Of a stretch of 64,000 nt of DNA, positions 11,817 through 24,599 are shown piece by piece (position 1 is the stretch's first letter; each line of letters opens with the position of its first letter). The stretch is from Eledone cirrhosa (Eukaryota). Below the pieces are notes generated by a model. It was not told the DNA's origin and searched no databases. It saw only the letters and a program-made list of their open reading frames with translations. A program made the translations under genes and the position numbers. The stretch covers positions 70,432,001-70,496,000 of the forward strand of contig OZ024746.1 of assembly GCA_964016885.1 (NCBI GenBank), written 5' to 3'.

Positions 11817-13788
11817 ACCCGGGTTATGGCCTCACCCCCCCCCCCCACCACCACCACCACCACCACACCCCACCCTTAGCGCCCCTACACCCCGTACGAA
11901 TGACCAATGGACAACAACACCCACCCATAGTTTGTAGTCCCTACGGTGGATTGTCCACCGGATCCTCTACTGGTTAGGAGTCAACAAAACCACGTTTATT
12001 GAACCTGAGGAATCCCCCCCCCCCATCGGAGTGGCCCACACAGGAAGAACAATTATCCCAAGGTACTAACCCTATACGCATGAATGAGTGTCCGCAACCG
12101 TGCATTGTGTGTGTATACTGGGATTACGTGAATGTACACACTCATGTGAACGCAACGAAATACTAATACCCCAGGTTGCATTTGAAAAATGTTCGAGTGT
12201 ATGCTTAAGAGTATATTTGTATATGCTCTCTTGTATGAGTGCACATGTGTATATAGACATACACGCGCATCCAGAGGTATAAAGGTGTGGGTGGGTATAT
12301 ATGCCTGTACTAAGGGATTCGCCTAAGCTCCAAAGCCCCCAAGCTATTGTTGTGAAGATATATATCACACTCTACTTTTGTCTAGTCTAAACAATAACTC
12401 TTCCAAACACCTACTTTACTTTTCTTTTAAAATAACACCCACCTAGTTTTATGTCTGCCTTATACTTGGATTTGGGAGCCTCGGTTGTATATATGTATGC
12501 ACTTGTGCGTACATATATATATATACACACCTGTATGGATTTGTGTGTGTAGATGTGTGTGTGTGTCTGAGGGGGTAGGTGTGAGTGTAGGTCAAGTCAA
12601 CCAACATAAGTCTTTTTATTTCTAAACTTTCTAAGTATTTGACTCTAACCATTATTTTCAGTATTACCACCCCACATAAATTCCTCAATTTATGTGGTTT
12701 GATATCATATCAAACCATAGTCCACCATTTTCACGGAACCATGGTTCAACTAAGCACTCTTGCGATATTAACACATTTTGAACTGCTTAACTTCAATGAC
12801 TGTGCTTGTAAATAACATTATTTTTTCTTCCACATTGACTTTTTACGTTCCACATTATGCACGTTTTTTTTTCCTTTTTCTTTTTTCTTTTCACTTCTTA
12901 AACCTTGTTTGTATATAACATTATTCTTTCTGCACCTTCTGTTTAACATGTGCGATACCACACTAATACATTTCACTATCATTTGATAATGCATATAAAT
13001 GCTGAAACTGGTAATAAATATATAAATAGATAAATATATAAATAGATAAATAAATGCCATTGTTAAATAATAAATAAATCAACTAATACCTTAACACTTC
13101 ACACAAAGTAAAACATTTCGTTTTAATCATTTTCTAACCCAGAAAAAAGAGAGAGAGAAACAAAAAAGGAAAAAAATATATTTTTCTTCCTCATAATCGT
13201 CTCTTTCTCCCTGTTTTCATATATATATATATATATATTATGGAAAATACATATACATATAGATACATAATTATAAACACATATATGTGTGGTGTCCATC
13301 CTTTACCAGTTTGGAATGATGAATGAATGAATTAAATAAATAATCAATTAATCAGAGCTATATAAAAATAAGTGAGCAAATAGACAAGGGAGACAACTCA
13401 AGTTACATTTTTAAAAGGTAGACGAATGAGATTCACCCACGGATTCTCAAGCACACACAGTACACATGTGAGTTTACCCTCTCACTGATGCAGGTTTTTG
13501 ATGATGGTTTTTGCTAAGGTTTCAAGAGACACGCTTCACATGCACTATTGGATGACCATTGACTCACATCAGTTCTTTCACCCTTTAACGAGTTTTTTTT
13601 TATCCCGCATAATTACAATCTTTACCTCTTAGTTTTACGATATAAAACTATTTATTTTTGAATGTTTACATAATTGTTTACATAATTTCATGTCATCAGA
13701 ATCTTTGTTAAGTTATCTTTCAAACGCCAGCATAATAATGAGAAAATCTATATATAAATTAGAGCGACTTCCGTCCGCCCGTCACACA

Positions 13789-13789
<1 letters not shown>

Positions 13790-13870
<81 letters not shown>
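13790..13870. repeat. (TG)n microsatellite
   Basis: Direct read; continues as degenerate TG-rich sequence to about 14090. Confidence 0.95.
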
Positions 13871-13873
<3 letters not shown>

Positions 13874-14859
13874 TATGTGTATGTAAAAGGAAGGAAGGGA
13901 ATGAAGAAAAAACTATGGCAAGACAGCGGCTGACGTTTCATTTGCTACGCTATGTGTAAGTGTATGTCTATGAGTGTTTGTGTAAATGTATGTCTGTGTG
14001 TGTGTGTGTGTGTCTGTGTGTGTGTGTGCGTGTGCAAATGTATGTGTGAATGTATGCGTATTTGTGTGAATGTATGTCTGTGAGTGTGTATTTTTTTTAA
14101 GTGTGTCCCTATTTACACGTTTATATTTATATACTCATACATATAAATATATGCATATGCACATACACATGCGTACGCACATATACACATACGCGTCAGT
14201 GTGTTGAAAAAATCCTAGTTAGTTAAATTGCTCCACATTCATGAACCCCGTAAAAGAATAAAAGAAAAATTAATTGTATTCCTAATCAATAAAATCGTTT
14301 GTATTTCACTGTTTAAAAAAATGACCCCACAATGAGTGTAGAACCTGTCATGAGGCCTGCGGAACTTTAAAGCGCTTGTTGTACTAAATCTATAAAAAGA
14401 TTAACTATCGTGTTAATAACTAATTACAATTAGGATGTAGCTTTGTGTTATTAATCATCATGCCATTACTATTGAGTTTACATTCATCTTTCCATGTTGG
14501 TATAGGTTGGATGAGACATTTTTTAGGCAGTGTTCCTTGGCCGGATGCCCTTCCTGATGTCAGTCTCCGGTTTTAAGTAATCTACATATTCCACTGATCT
14601 ACACACTTCTAATTACTGAGCGGCAGAATATATTTCTTGTGGAGAACATAAACAAACGTCACCTGCTACCCAAGTAGTGTCAAAAATGGAGACAACACAC
14701 ATGCACTTATACTTTAAATAGGGCAGTTTTGATCATACACTGTCCGAAAACTTTTTTTTTTAATAAAACGGTAATTCTACATTAATGTAAGGGAAACAAC
14801 TCTAAAATACTGTTCCTGAGTTAAACATAAGTTGAACATAAGTGGGTTTTTAAATAATT

Positions 14860-15240
14860 GTTTCTATTTTTGGCACAAGGCCATCAATTACCCAGTGGTC
14901 GACTGGTATTTTATTTTATCGACCCTGTAAGGATGAAAGGCAAAGTTAACATCGGCAGGATTTGAACTCAGAAAGGCAAGGGCCGTAACTCTATGCGTCA
15001 AAGCATGGCGTGGACCCCTACTGCCAATCCACCGTTTCTAATTTAGGCACAAAGCCAATAACGGGGGGAGGGGGAGTCAATTAAATCGACCCCAGTGCAT
15101 TACTGGTACTTTATTTTATCGACCCCGCAAGGATGAAAGGCAAAACTAACCTCGGCGGGATTTGAACTCAGAAAGTAAAGTACCATAACTTTGACGCGGA
15201 GCATGATGTCCGACGCTCTACAAATACTGCCAATCAACGT
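14860..15240 (-). mobile_element. Two tandem SINE copies (about 14860-15035 and 15035-15240)
   Basis: Reverse complement of the 10649 SINE: ctggtactttattttatcgacccc, ggatgaaaggcaaa, tttgaactcag, ggcacaagg. Confidence 0.8.
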
Positions 15241-15522
15241 ACAGAAGGCTGGAGAAACAATTGACCGCATAACATTAAGGTCAATTATATATATAAGAAA
15301 ATGGAGAGGGTTGTTTTTAAATTTTAAAAAAAAAACGAGATCTCCTACACGAGTGAAAATATAAGGAAAAGAAATCGAAAATGCAACTGGAGTCTTTCTA
15401 AGGATATTTATTTGTTTCCTTTATCCGTTTCACAGTTCTTATGCTTTTCAAAAGTAGAATGAGATGGAGGGTTTGTGGTTTGTCTCGCATCTGGTTGGTG
15501 TTCGAAAGTTATTTGTTTTATG

Positions 15523-16663
15523 AGGAAAGAGTGGCTCGAGTTGCTGGGGTTTTTTTTGTTTTTTTTTATAATTTGGTTGGTTCATGACTCACGTGAATAA
15601 GTACAATAAATTTCGCGCCAGTTCGCGTTAGAAAGTTCTTATTCTATATTTGCCTTTAAAATGTGGCTCAAATTGTTGTTTTTTTATAACTGTGATTTGG
15701 TTGGTTGATCACTGTAACGTGAATAAGTACACCAAATGTCACGCCAGTTCGTGTTTGAGGGTTTTTTATTGCCATTTTCAGTCACATGACTGGCCATATG
15801 ACATAGGTAGTTTGTCATAGAGAGTTTTGTGTCAAACAAAAGATAATGGTCAAGAAATGGGAGTGGGAGAAATCATTCTGTTTCAATGAGTATGGCTGAT
15901 CTTCAGACTTTCTATTGAAATAAATTGAATTTTTGTGTCGATAGTGGTGGCGGTGGTGATGGTGGTGGCAGGGTAGAAAAAGAAAAACCTTTTTTGTGTG
16001 AGTTGGAGGGGAGCTGATTCCATTAGTAGAAATGGAGACGAGTTGTATGTGTGTGGGGGGGGGAGGATAATTAGGATGTTGAGGTGTTAAAATATATTTA
16101 GCTCTGATCTTTTATTTTCGAATATAGATAACGGTGTTATGTGTGTGTGTGTGTGTGTGTGTGTGTGGTTAGCATGTATGGTGTTAACATATTAATGTAT
16201 ATTAAACTATAATATAATGCTGGTCTATATTTTTGAATAATCATACTTTCCTTGTTTATTCGTATTTGGTCAGTTGTATTGTCAGTGCAAGGATAAAGTG
16301 GGAAGACTTGGAATTTGGGTGTCTTATCGTTTGCGCATATATCTAGATGTGCACTGAGTGGTATCTTCTTGTGGTAGGGCCTCGTAATTGTTGGCGATGA
16401 ATTGTCATCCTGTTTCTAAGGGTGAATTTAGTTTTCCCTAAATAATCTTCATTACATCCTTTACATTTAATGGCATAAATTAAAGTTTTGGTGAGCAAGG
16501 GAAATGATTTTTCACAACAAAATTTTGTCCTGATTGAAAGGCAAATACAATAAGAACTTTGTAACGCGAACTGGCGTGAAATTTATTGAACTTATTCACA
16601 TAACTGTCATCAACCAACCAAATCATTTTTTTTTTTTAAACCAGCAACTCGAGTTGCTCTTTC
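15523..16663. repeat. ~135-bp inverted repeats bounding ~1.1 kb (possible MITE / non-autonomous DNA transposon)
   Basis: ggaaagagtggctcgagttgctgg...gtgaataagtacaataaatttcgcgccagttcgcgtta...ttgccttt (15523-15660) is mirrored at 16535-16663. An extra internal copy lies at 15690-15755. No TSD identified. Confidence 0.55.
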
Positions 16664-16664
16664 C

Positions 16665-19640
16665 AGTGCTCAGGTGCACTACAACTCATCAAAGGTGCAT
16701 GTATAGTACATAGAGTAATGTACAAATGTCCGGAAAGTGAACAGTATATGAGTCGTGATATACATGTGTACGTGTGTATGGAGGGGGGGGGGTATCAGGT
16801 GTAGTGTTGGCGAATTTCTGGAAGCATAGAGGTTTTAAAGGATGCAGTCTTGGCAGCTAACAACTGATGCAGGTAGTTTGTTCTATGATTCAGCAACTGA
16901 CAAACGTCTTGCTGAGTGATGCCAAGACACCCTCGGCGTTCTTGACAATTTTAGGGATGTGCTTTGTCCAACGCAAATCGCTGCTGACAGTAATACCCAG
17001 GTCACAATCACAAGAAGACTTCTTGATATTAGTGTTGTGGAGGGAGTGTGTGGACGCTGGCTTTTTCCTCCCAAAATGCATGGTGGTACACTTGTCCACA
17101 GCCAACTTGAGTTGCCAGTCCATGATCCATTGCTGCATTGTGTCCATGTCTGATGCAGGAAAGATCTATAGTGTTCAGGATCTGTCCTTTTTATTTCAAG
17201 GTACAGCTTGCTATCATCTGCATATTTCAATACTGTAGCATTCTTTAAGTTGGCATCTATGTCATTAATATATGCAACAAACAAAAGGGAACCAAGAACA
17301 GATCCCTGTGGTACGCCAGATGACATATCATACAGTGAAGAATGCTGTCCTCGAACCGTGACTACCTCTTTTCGACTGAGAATGAAGGACTTCACACCCA
17401 TTGCAAAGAGTTTTGCTATAAGTCTTTTGTGCGGCACAGAATTATAAGCTTTAGCAAAGTCAAGGTAAACAACATCCACCCATGAGCCACCATCAGTGAT
17501 CCGGGTGATATATTCAAGAAACTTGACAAGTTGATCACAGCAGTTAGAGTTAGGGATAAATCCAAATTGCGAGGGCCGGATAAGGCTGTGAGAATTCCAG
17601 AAGTTCCAGAGTGTCTCTCTGACAGAGGGTTCCATCAGTTTGGCAATGCAGTTAGTAAGACTGACTGGACGATAGTTGACAAGGGACGTGCAGTTACCCT
17701 TTTTGAACAGAGGAATGACACTGGCAGTTTTCCACTGCTCTGGAATAACACTGTTGTTAAGAAAGAAATGAAAGAAGAGTGAAATATGGTGCAGAAGAAA
17801 GTACCCACCACATTTGAGAAGCAGGTATCAAGACCAGGAGAGGCATAGTTGCATTTATTCTTAAGGTGGCGCCGCAGTATTGCAGGTGTAAATGCCATAG
17901 TCGTTATAGAATGTTATGTCAGAGGTGGTGAATTGGTACGTTTTGGTTTTCAACAGTAAAAATGCCTGCATAGCATTCAGCAATGAGTTCTGCACATTCC
18001 TTGGGGTCGTCAGTAATCTGGCTTGTGTGGGGATTGGGAAGAGAACCAACTGGAGAGTGAGGTCTCTGCTTTGAATGTACATATTTCCAGAAGACCTTAC
18101 TGTCAAGGTTGGTTGTAATGCACTGTTCATATTCAAGCACTGCCTTTTTTGTCACCTGCTTGAGATAGTTGGATGATTATTGCTCTTTTTTCTATTGATA
18201 TCTGATTTATGCAGTTTGTATTCCCGTTCAGCATTACGACATTCTTTCCTGGCAAGTTGGGCCACGGCAGTCTCCCAAATTGCACTCTTGGGGTGTTTTT
18301 TTTCTGCTTACGTGGCACTAATGCTGCACATGCTGTCCATATTGAGTTCAGGATGTTCTGAAGTATAGTGTTCACATCTCCAGAATCATAAGATTCAAGC
18401 CAGTTTGGGCGTTGTAGCTCGGTTCAGTAAGAGTTCCAGTCTACTTTATTCCAGTCAAAGCGAGCAGATTGGAGATGGTTGTAGTTTTTGTTACTGCCCA
18501 TAAGAGACAGATTGGCAATGATCATAGCATAATCAGAGTCACCTAAAGATTCTTCAGTAGTAACACTAATAAGAATTTCAGGAGTAGTGGTAAAGAGTAT
18601 ATCCAAAGAGTTGTCGCCTCTTGTTGGGGAGGTGACTACTTGGGACCAGTTCGAGTCCAGCACTAGCTCAAGGAGATCATTTTCACTTTGTGGCCAATGA
18701 AAGGTTTCCCAATCAATCTCAGGGTGACTGAAGTCGCCTGCAATAAAAACATAAGTGGCTGTTTTCCTGGCAGCAGCTCTGAGGTATCACAAAGCCGTGT
18801 GTCCTGATGGTAATTTGGGGGTGGGGTAGAAGTGTTGACATGGTCATACGTTTATCACAGAAAAATACTTCTTGTTCTGATTGGTTTAAATCAAGGCAAG
18901 GAATTGCTGAAAAGTTTGAACGAATGTAGACAATCACATCACCACCACCACAATTAATGTGATCTTTGCAAAACAAGTTGTAGCCAGCTATGCTGAAACC
19001 CCCATCACAGAATAAGGAATGTGCCCGTGTTTCCATTTAAGGACAACCTTGATTTCAGTTTAAGATGATGTGTAGGGTATGGCAGGTTGTTCTGATTTAG
19101 TTTCCCACAGTTTTTTCATTTCCAGCTATTGTGGGTACAGTGCGTTCAGACCAGCTGGTATCTCTTTTCCATGTTTCACCAGCCTTAATAAACTTCTATA
19201 TCTACCCATCGTCACATAAGCTGAAGCTTTCATGTAGTACTGAGTTGCAATTTAAGGATGCTGCAGCATGTAGCTTTGGACACACATCAGGTGGTAGGCC
19301 GGGGTGTGTTCGAAAGGTAATCTGATTTTCACACCTAGCTTTATCAGAGGCTAAATGGTATGAATGTGCCTCAGTTGAGTTTGAAAAAGACAACCTAATT
19401 AGTCTGGTCGACCAAAACGGAGAGCACCCTTTGGATGAGCTAGCAGCAAATGCCTGAAGATCAATAATGTCCTGTGATACACCACTTTGTGGGTGACAGA
19501 TTCAACAGCTTTCTCAATGCTTCTAGATTTGGCAAGAGCTACGGGGAGATATTTTAGCAAGGCACTCCGATAAGATCCCTCATTGAGAAGTAACAGGAGT
19601 CAGAAAAGGGGCAAAAATCCAAACCCCATGTATAAGTCCA
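16665..19640 (-). mobile_element. CR1-like LINE, decayed, with an internal deletion near the 3' end
   Basis: APE pieces (QVVTSPTRGDNSLDILFT, LGDSD), KVFWKYVHSK, RT motifs DVVYLDFAKAY, SGVPQGSVLG, KYADDSKL, and a C-terminal NKLPASVV remnant near 16860-16885. The 5' boundary is approximate. Confidence 0.8.
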
Positions 19641-20660
19641 GCAAGCTAATCAATAAATTATGTTTAGATTGTGTGGTCTTGAAATTCTCATGAGTGAAGA
19701 ATATATTTATGAAATTTTAATACTTTGATAGTTAAAATGTTTTAAGTGTCATTTAGAGTATGTGTTTGGTTTCACAACTCCATTACATTATTATTTCTTA
19801 CCAATTTCCAGCTGTTTCATTCAGAAAACACACACAAAAAAAATAGAAATCAGAAAAAACAAATTTCACTTGCAAAGTAAAACTGGTATAATATTCACCA
19901 TCAAAGTGAAACGAAATTAAGGATGCTGCAGCATGTAGCTTTGGACGCACATCAGATGGTAGGCCAGGGTGTGTTCGAAAGGTAATCTGATTTTCACACC
20001 TAGCTTTATCAGAGGCTAAATGGTATGAATGTCCCTCAGTTGAGTTTGAAAACCAAAATATTGACCATCAATTTTTTTTTTGGGGGGGGGGGGGGTTTAC
20101 GTATCTCTATATATCTATATATGTATGTATATATATATGAGTATACATATATATATATAAATGTGTATATATATATATATAAATGTGTGTGTATATATAT
20201 ATATATGAAAAAATGTGTATATATATATATACATATATATCGCGTGTATTGTAAATCCATCTATTGTATTTGCTGCAAGCTAGGAAAAGCGGACGTAAAA
20301 TGATGATGATGATGATGATTATAAACAGTGAAGATTCAACAGCTGACAACACACTCACATCATAACTTCAAGTAATTGTAAGTATCTGGATGACACACTA
20401 GAACAGGGACTGTTAGAGTTACATAAAAGAAGGACATTTTTAAGGCATAAAACAAAAGCCACAGAAATTTCTTGCATAAACTAAAAATATTTCTAAGAAG
20501 CCAATGATCAAATATGAGCAAGATTTTAATTCCAACAAAAAAATGTATTAAATAAAATTAATGGTAAGCGATATTTATAGTTTGTTGAATGTCTCGGCAT
20601 TAACTTTTGATGTTGGTGTACAATAAGTTATGACTTGTAAGAAGAAAGGTACATCATGTT

Positions 20661-20790
20661 TCATATTTTAAAGTCTTCGGTCAAGTGTGTTTGTTTGAGT
20701 GTATTTAATTGACTGTTAAGAAAAAAAGACTTCCCACATATTTCATAGTGGAAAGATTTCTCACCAGTGTGTGTTAGTTTGTGTATATTA
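20661..20790 (-). pseudogene. 3' remnant of a C2H2 ZNF paralog
   Basis: Reads [40 protein letters not shown]. It is fused directly to sequence that lies ~0.9 kb upstream of the ATG in the other units (cttgttgcttaac). Confidence 0.85.
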
Positions 20791-20879
20791 GCTTGTTGCT
20801 TAACCTGCTAAGAATAGCAGCCAAACCACCCTCTTCACGTTTTGATCAACAGAAAGACACAAACACATATATGTATATA

Positions 20880-21550
20880 TGGATAGAAATTTCGTATTTC
20901 GAAAGAAATACGATTTTAGAAAGGCGTAGCTATGCGAACAACGGGGGGGGGGGGGGGCTAAAGCCCTCTGGTGTTGTCCAGCAGAAGAAAGGGGTACAAT
21001 CGTCTATGCATTTCAGGCTTGACTGGCCATCGTCAGGACGATCCCTCCCACTGTTCTATTATAAGTTGTGCCAACTTATGCAGCTTCATATGCAAATGAG
21101 ATTAATTACCTCATGTTTTCAAATGCAGCAGTCGCAGAGCAGTGGGAGGGATCGTCCTGACGATGGCCAGTCAAGCCTGCAATGCATATAGACGGTTGTC
21201 CCCCTTGCTTCTGCTGGACAACACCAGAGGGCGGTAGCTCCACGGTGTCCGCATAGCTCCGGCTTCCTAAAATCGTATTTCTTTCGAAATACGAAATTTC
21301 TATATATATTGTATAAAGCAATGCTTGAAGTGGAATCCTATTTCTTTTCTATTATAAGTTGAGTCAACTTATGCAGCGTCATATGCAAATGAGATTAATC
21401 ACCTCATTTACACGGACGAGAAAACTATATGTTCTCGGCTGTTTTCAAGTCCAGCAGTCGCAGAGCAGTGGGAGGGATAGTCCTGACGACGGCCAGTCAT
21501 GCCTGAAATGCATAGACAGTTATCCCCCTTGCTTCTGATGGACAACACCA
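20880..21550. mobile_element. Retrozyme-like repeat, family 1a (inverted arm plus tandem 326-nt units)
   Basis: Inverted arm 20880-21055, then plus-strand copies with CTGACGA at 21157 and 21483. No coding capacity recognised. Confidence 0.75.
20999..21042 (-). ncRNA. Type I minimal hammerhead ribozyme motif
   Basis: atcgtc CTGACGA t ggc cagtcaa gcc t GAAA tgca TA gacgat: 6-bp helix I, helix II, palindromic ATGCAT helix III. Confidence 0.85.
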
Positions 21551-22676
21551 TACCAACGTAGTCTTCTCTCAAGTAAACAGCATCTGATCCCTCTTATTCC
21601 TAATCTCTCACTTAGTTCATTTATGTTTTGCCGTTTGCGTATATTAGTATTACACATCCAACGGAGCCTGCATGCTTCGTTCCTCTCCAGTGTGCACAGC
21701 TCCTCTGCACACAATGCCCATGTCTCACTGACATGCAACATTGCTGTTCGTATACAAGCATCATACAGTCTGTCTTTCATTTTTAGAGAGAAACCTTTAG
21801 TACCAATAGTGGTATAAGCTCTCTGAACTTTTCCATCCCGTTCTGACTCTGGCTACTGTACTTTCAGAGCACCCTCCACCACTGCTGATTTTGACACTCA
21901 GGTAACGGAAAGTGTCCACTATTTCTATAGAACCATCAGGGCTAATATCCTGTGGGCACTTGCTACTTATTGCACCTGAGCAGCGGCCACATATAAAATT
22001 TACGTTCTTGGATAGCTTACCTGTGATCCCACTACATCTTTTATGTACCCATAGTTTGCATTTGGGACATAAAATGGAATTTCTGCCTACTCCTTTCCTA
22101 CACACTGAGCATGGCCATTTCCCAGAGGGCACCTTTTCCCCTATTTTTCTTTCTACATACTAGAATTTTAGTCTTAGACAAGTTAACTTTAAGGCCTTTT
22201 AATTCTAGGCCATGCTTCCATGTTTGGAATTTCTTCTCTAGTTCAGCCATCGATTCAGCTATGAGAGTTAGGTCATCTGTGTATAGAGGTTCCCATGAAC
22301 AGCCGGACTTGAACTCCTCTGTTATAGCCTGGAGGGCAATAATAAATACCTGACACAAACTCAAACTGCATTTCACCTCGATCAATTCGCTCTCTGATTA
22401 GTTGTGCTTTAACTCTTTCTGTAACCTTCATGACCTGGTCTACTAACTTAATGCCTCTATAGTTTCCCCTATCTAGGGCATCTCCTTTACCCTTGTAGCA
22501 GTTAATGATGATGCTGCTACACCAGTCATTTGGTATGACCCCATTCTGTATTACATGGTTTACTATCCGGGTGACTATAGTATGTCCCACCATTCCAGAT
22601 GCTTTCAACATCTCAGTAACTATCTCTGAAGGTCCAGCTGCCTTGCCTGTCTTCATATCTTTGACTGCCTTACTTA
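21548..22676 (-). mobile_element. RTE-clade LINE fragment, subfamily A (RT with PHD-like finger)
   Basis: KDMKTGKAAGPSEI, NYRGIKL, LYTDDLTL, KWPCSVC...C..C..WVHKRC...CGRC, AMLHVSETW, RRLRWYG. Confidence 0.85.
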
Positions 22677-22703
22677 TTATATATATATATATATATATAT
22701 ATA

Positions 22704-23071
22704 CTAGCTGTCCCGTCCGGCTGCCCCCACCAATCCACTGCAAAGATACCACACACCCTCCCGTGTCACATTGTCCTTCCGACTCTCTCTCTCGCTCTGA
22801 ATAACTAACACTTTAATTGTATCTCTCTCTGTCTAACGGCCTATCTCACTCTTTTCCCCTCCCTCTATTTTTCTGTCTCTCTCTCTGTAGATGTATGTGT
22901 GTAGTTTTCCTAATCTTTCTATACATCTCTCTCTTTCTCTGTGTCTCTCTTTCTCTCTCTCTATGTGTATATATTGAAGGGAGATACGGAAACTTAAACA
23001 GTTTTGTCATATAGAGAGTGAAGAGCAACAGAGAGAGTAAAGAAGATAAATTATAGAGAGGGGGAATGATC

Positions 23072-23120
<49 letters not shown>

Positions 23121-24088
23121 AAGTATAGATATGTGTGTGTGTTTGTGTGTATGTGCATGTGTGTGTCTGTGTGTTTTGTTTTGATGTTATCCGGCAATTG
23201 GCAAAATCAGGTGTGAAAATATGTGTATTTGTGTGTGTGTGTGTGTGTGTGTGTTACTTATGCGAGCAACGACAGAAAAAAGTGTGTGGGATACATACAT
23301 TATTATATTTGTCTCTATTTTCGTTCTGCAACCATTATATTATGATATTTGTATCCAAATGATTTTAGATGTATGTATTACCTGCTTGCCCGTCCCCCTG
23401 TCTCTCTCTCTTTAGATGTGTGTATGTGTGTGTAGTTTTCCTAATCTGTCTTTTTCACTCTCTGTCTCTCTAAGAGTAAGAGGGTTGCCTTTTGGTGTAT
23501 GTATTACCTGCTTGTTTGTTGACCGAATTTGAAGGTTATCCTTTAGAAATAAACATACATACAACGCTCATCTCTATGTTGATATATGATATAAATAATG
23601 GGATGATGAGTTAATATCTGTATACAACAATTACAACGGTACGCGATGGGGCCCATCTATAGCCCTGGTGGACAGAATGGAGAAGGCGGTTTCCCGGGGG
23701 ACGGCAAGGGAGACGCGCTGGAAAAACCACTCCAAATCGCGGGCTCACACCTGCGGCTGGCCAGCTCAGCGCCTATGGTGGTGAGTAAGGAGGTAGCCCT
23801 GGGGCCGAGGACACCAGAAGTCTCCACTGCCAGGGGTACGACCGCAAACCTATCGGAGAGCGACCGATATTTGAGGAGTTTGGCCCCTCAGCCCGACGTG
23901 CAGTAGGACCTGGGTATATGTTGATATATTGAAGGTAGATACGGAAAGTAAAAGAGTGTAGCCATATAGAGAGTGGCGAGAGACAGAGAGTAAAGTAGTT
24001 CAATTATAGAGTGTGAAAGAGGGAGGGAGGGAGAGAGAGAGAGAGAGAGAGACGACGCTCAGCTTTATAATATTAGAGAGTGAAGAGC
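22704..24088 (-). mobile_element. Helitron-like non-autonomous element carrying an RLE-retrotransposon fragment
   Basis: The minus-strand 3' end is CAGCTAG|T at 22704. A Lep1-like 5' motif TAATATTATAAAGCTGAG lies near 24057-24074. Microsatellite-rich interior. Confidence 0.5.
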
Positions 24089-24599
24089 ATTTTTGTGGGC
24101 TACGCCCAATATTTGCGCTTCTGAGACTCTTCACGGGTGCTCTAGGGACATAAACCTCACTTATACAATGGAACAACTGTATACATATCTATATATATAT
24201 ACATATATATGTTTCTATACTTTTATATATATATATATATGAAAATTATTGTCTAAGGAATGGTGTTGGCCTCTAAAATTTCTGACAACACACTCACATC
24301 ATTACCTCAAGTGATTGAAGGTCTCTAGATAACACACTAGAACAAGGACTGATTGCATTACATTAAAAAAAAAAAATGTTAAGGCGTAAAACAAAAGCCA
24401 CAGAAATTTCTTGAATAAATTAAAAATATTTCTAAGAAGCCAATGATCAAATATGAGCAAGATTTTAATTCCAACAAAAAAATGTATTAAATAAAATTAA
24501 TGGTAAGCAATATTTATAGTTTGTTGAATGTCTCGGCATTAACTTTTGATGTTGGTGTAGAGTAAGTTATGACTTGTAAGAAGATAGGTACATCATGTT

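Noticed and set aside
11817-12450. Expected hammerhead in the 3' region of the first Penelope fragment (ctgagga at ~12005)
   Set aside because: No matching helix II or GAAA could be found.
21540-21552. Families 1a and 1b both end ~35 nt after the cleavage site, next to RTE sequence
   Set aside because: Only two independent events, both with microhomology, and the inverted arms end elsewhere. Not enough to claim a defined terminus.
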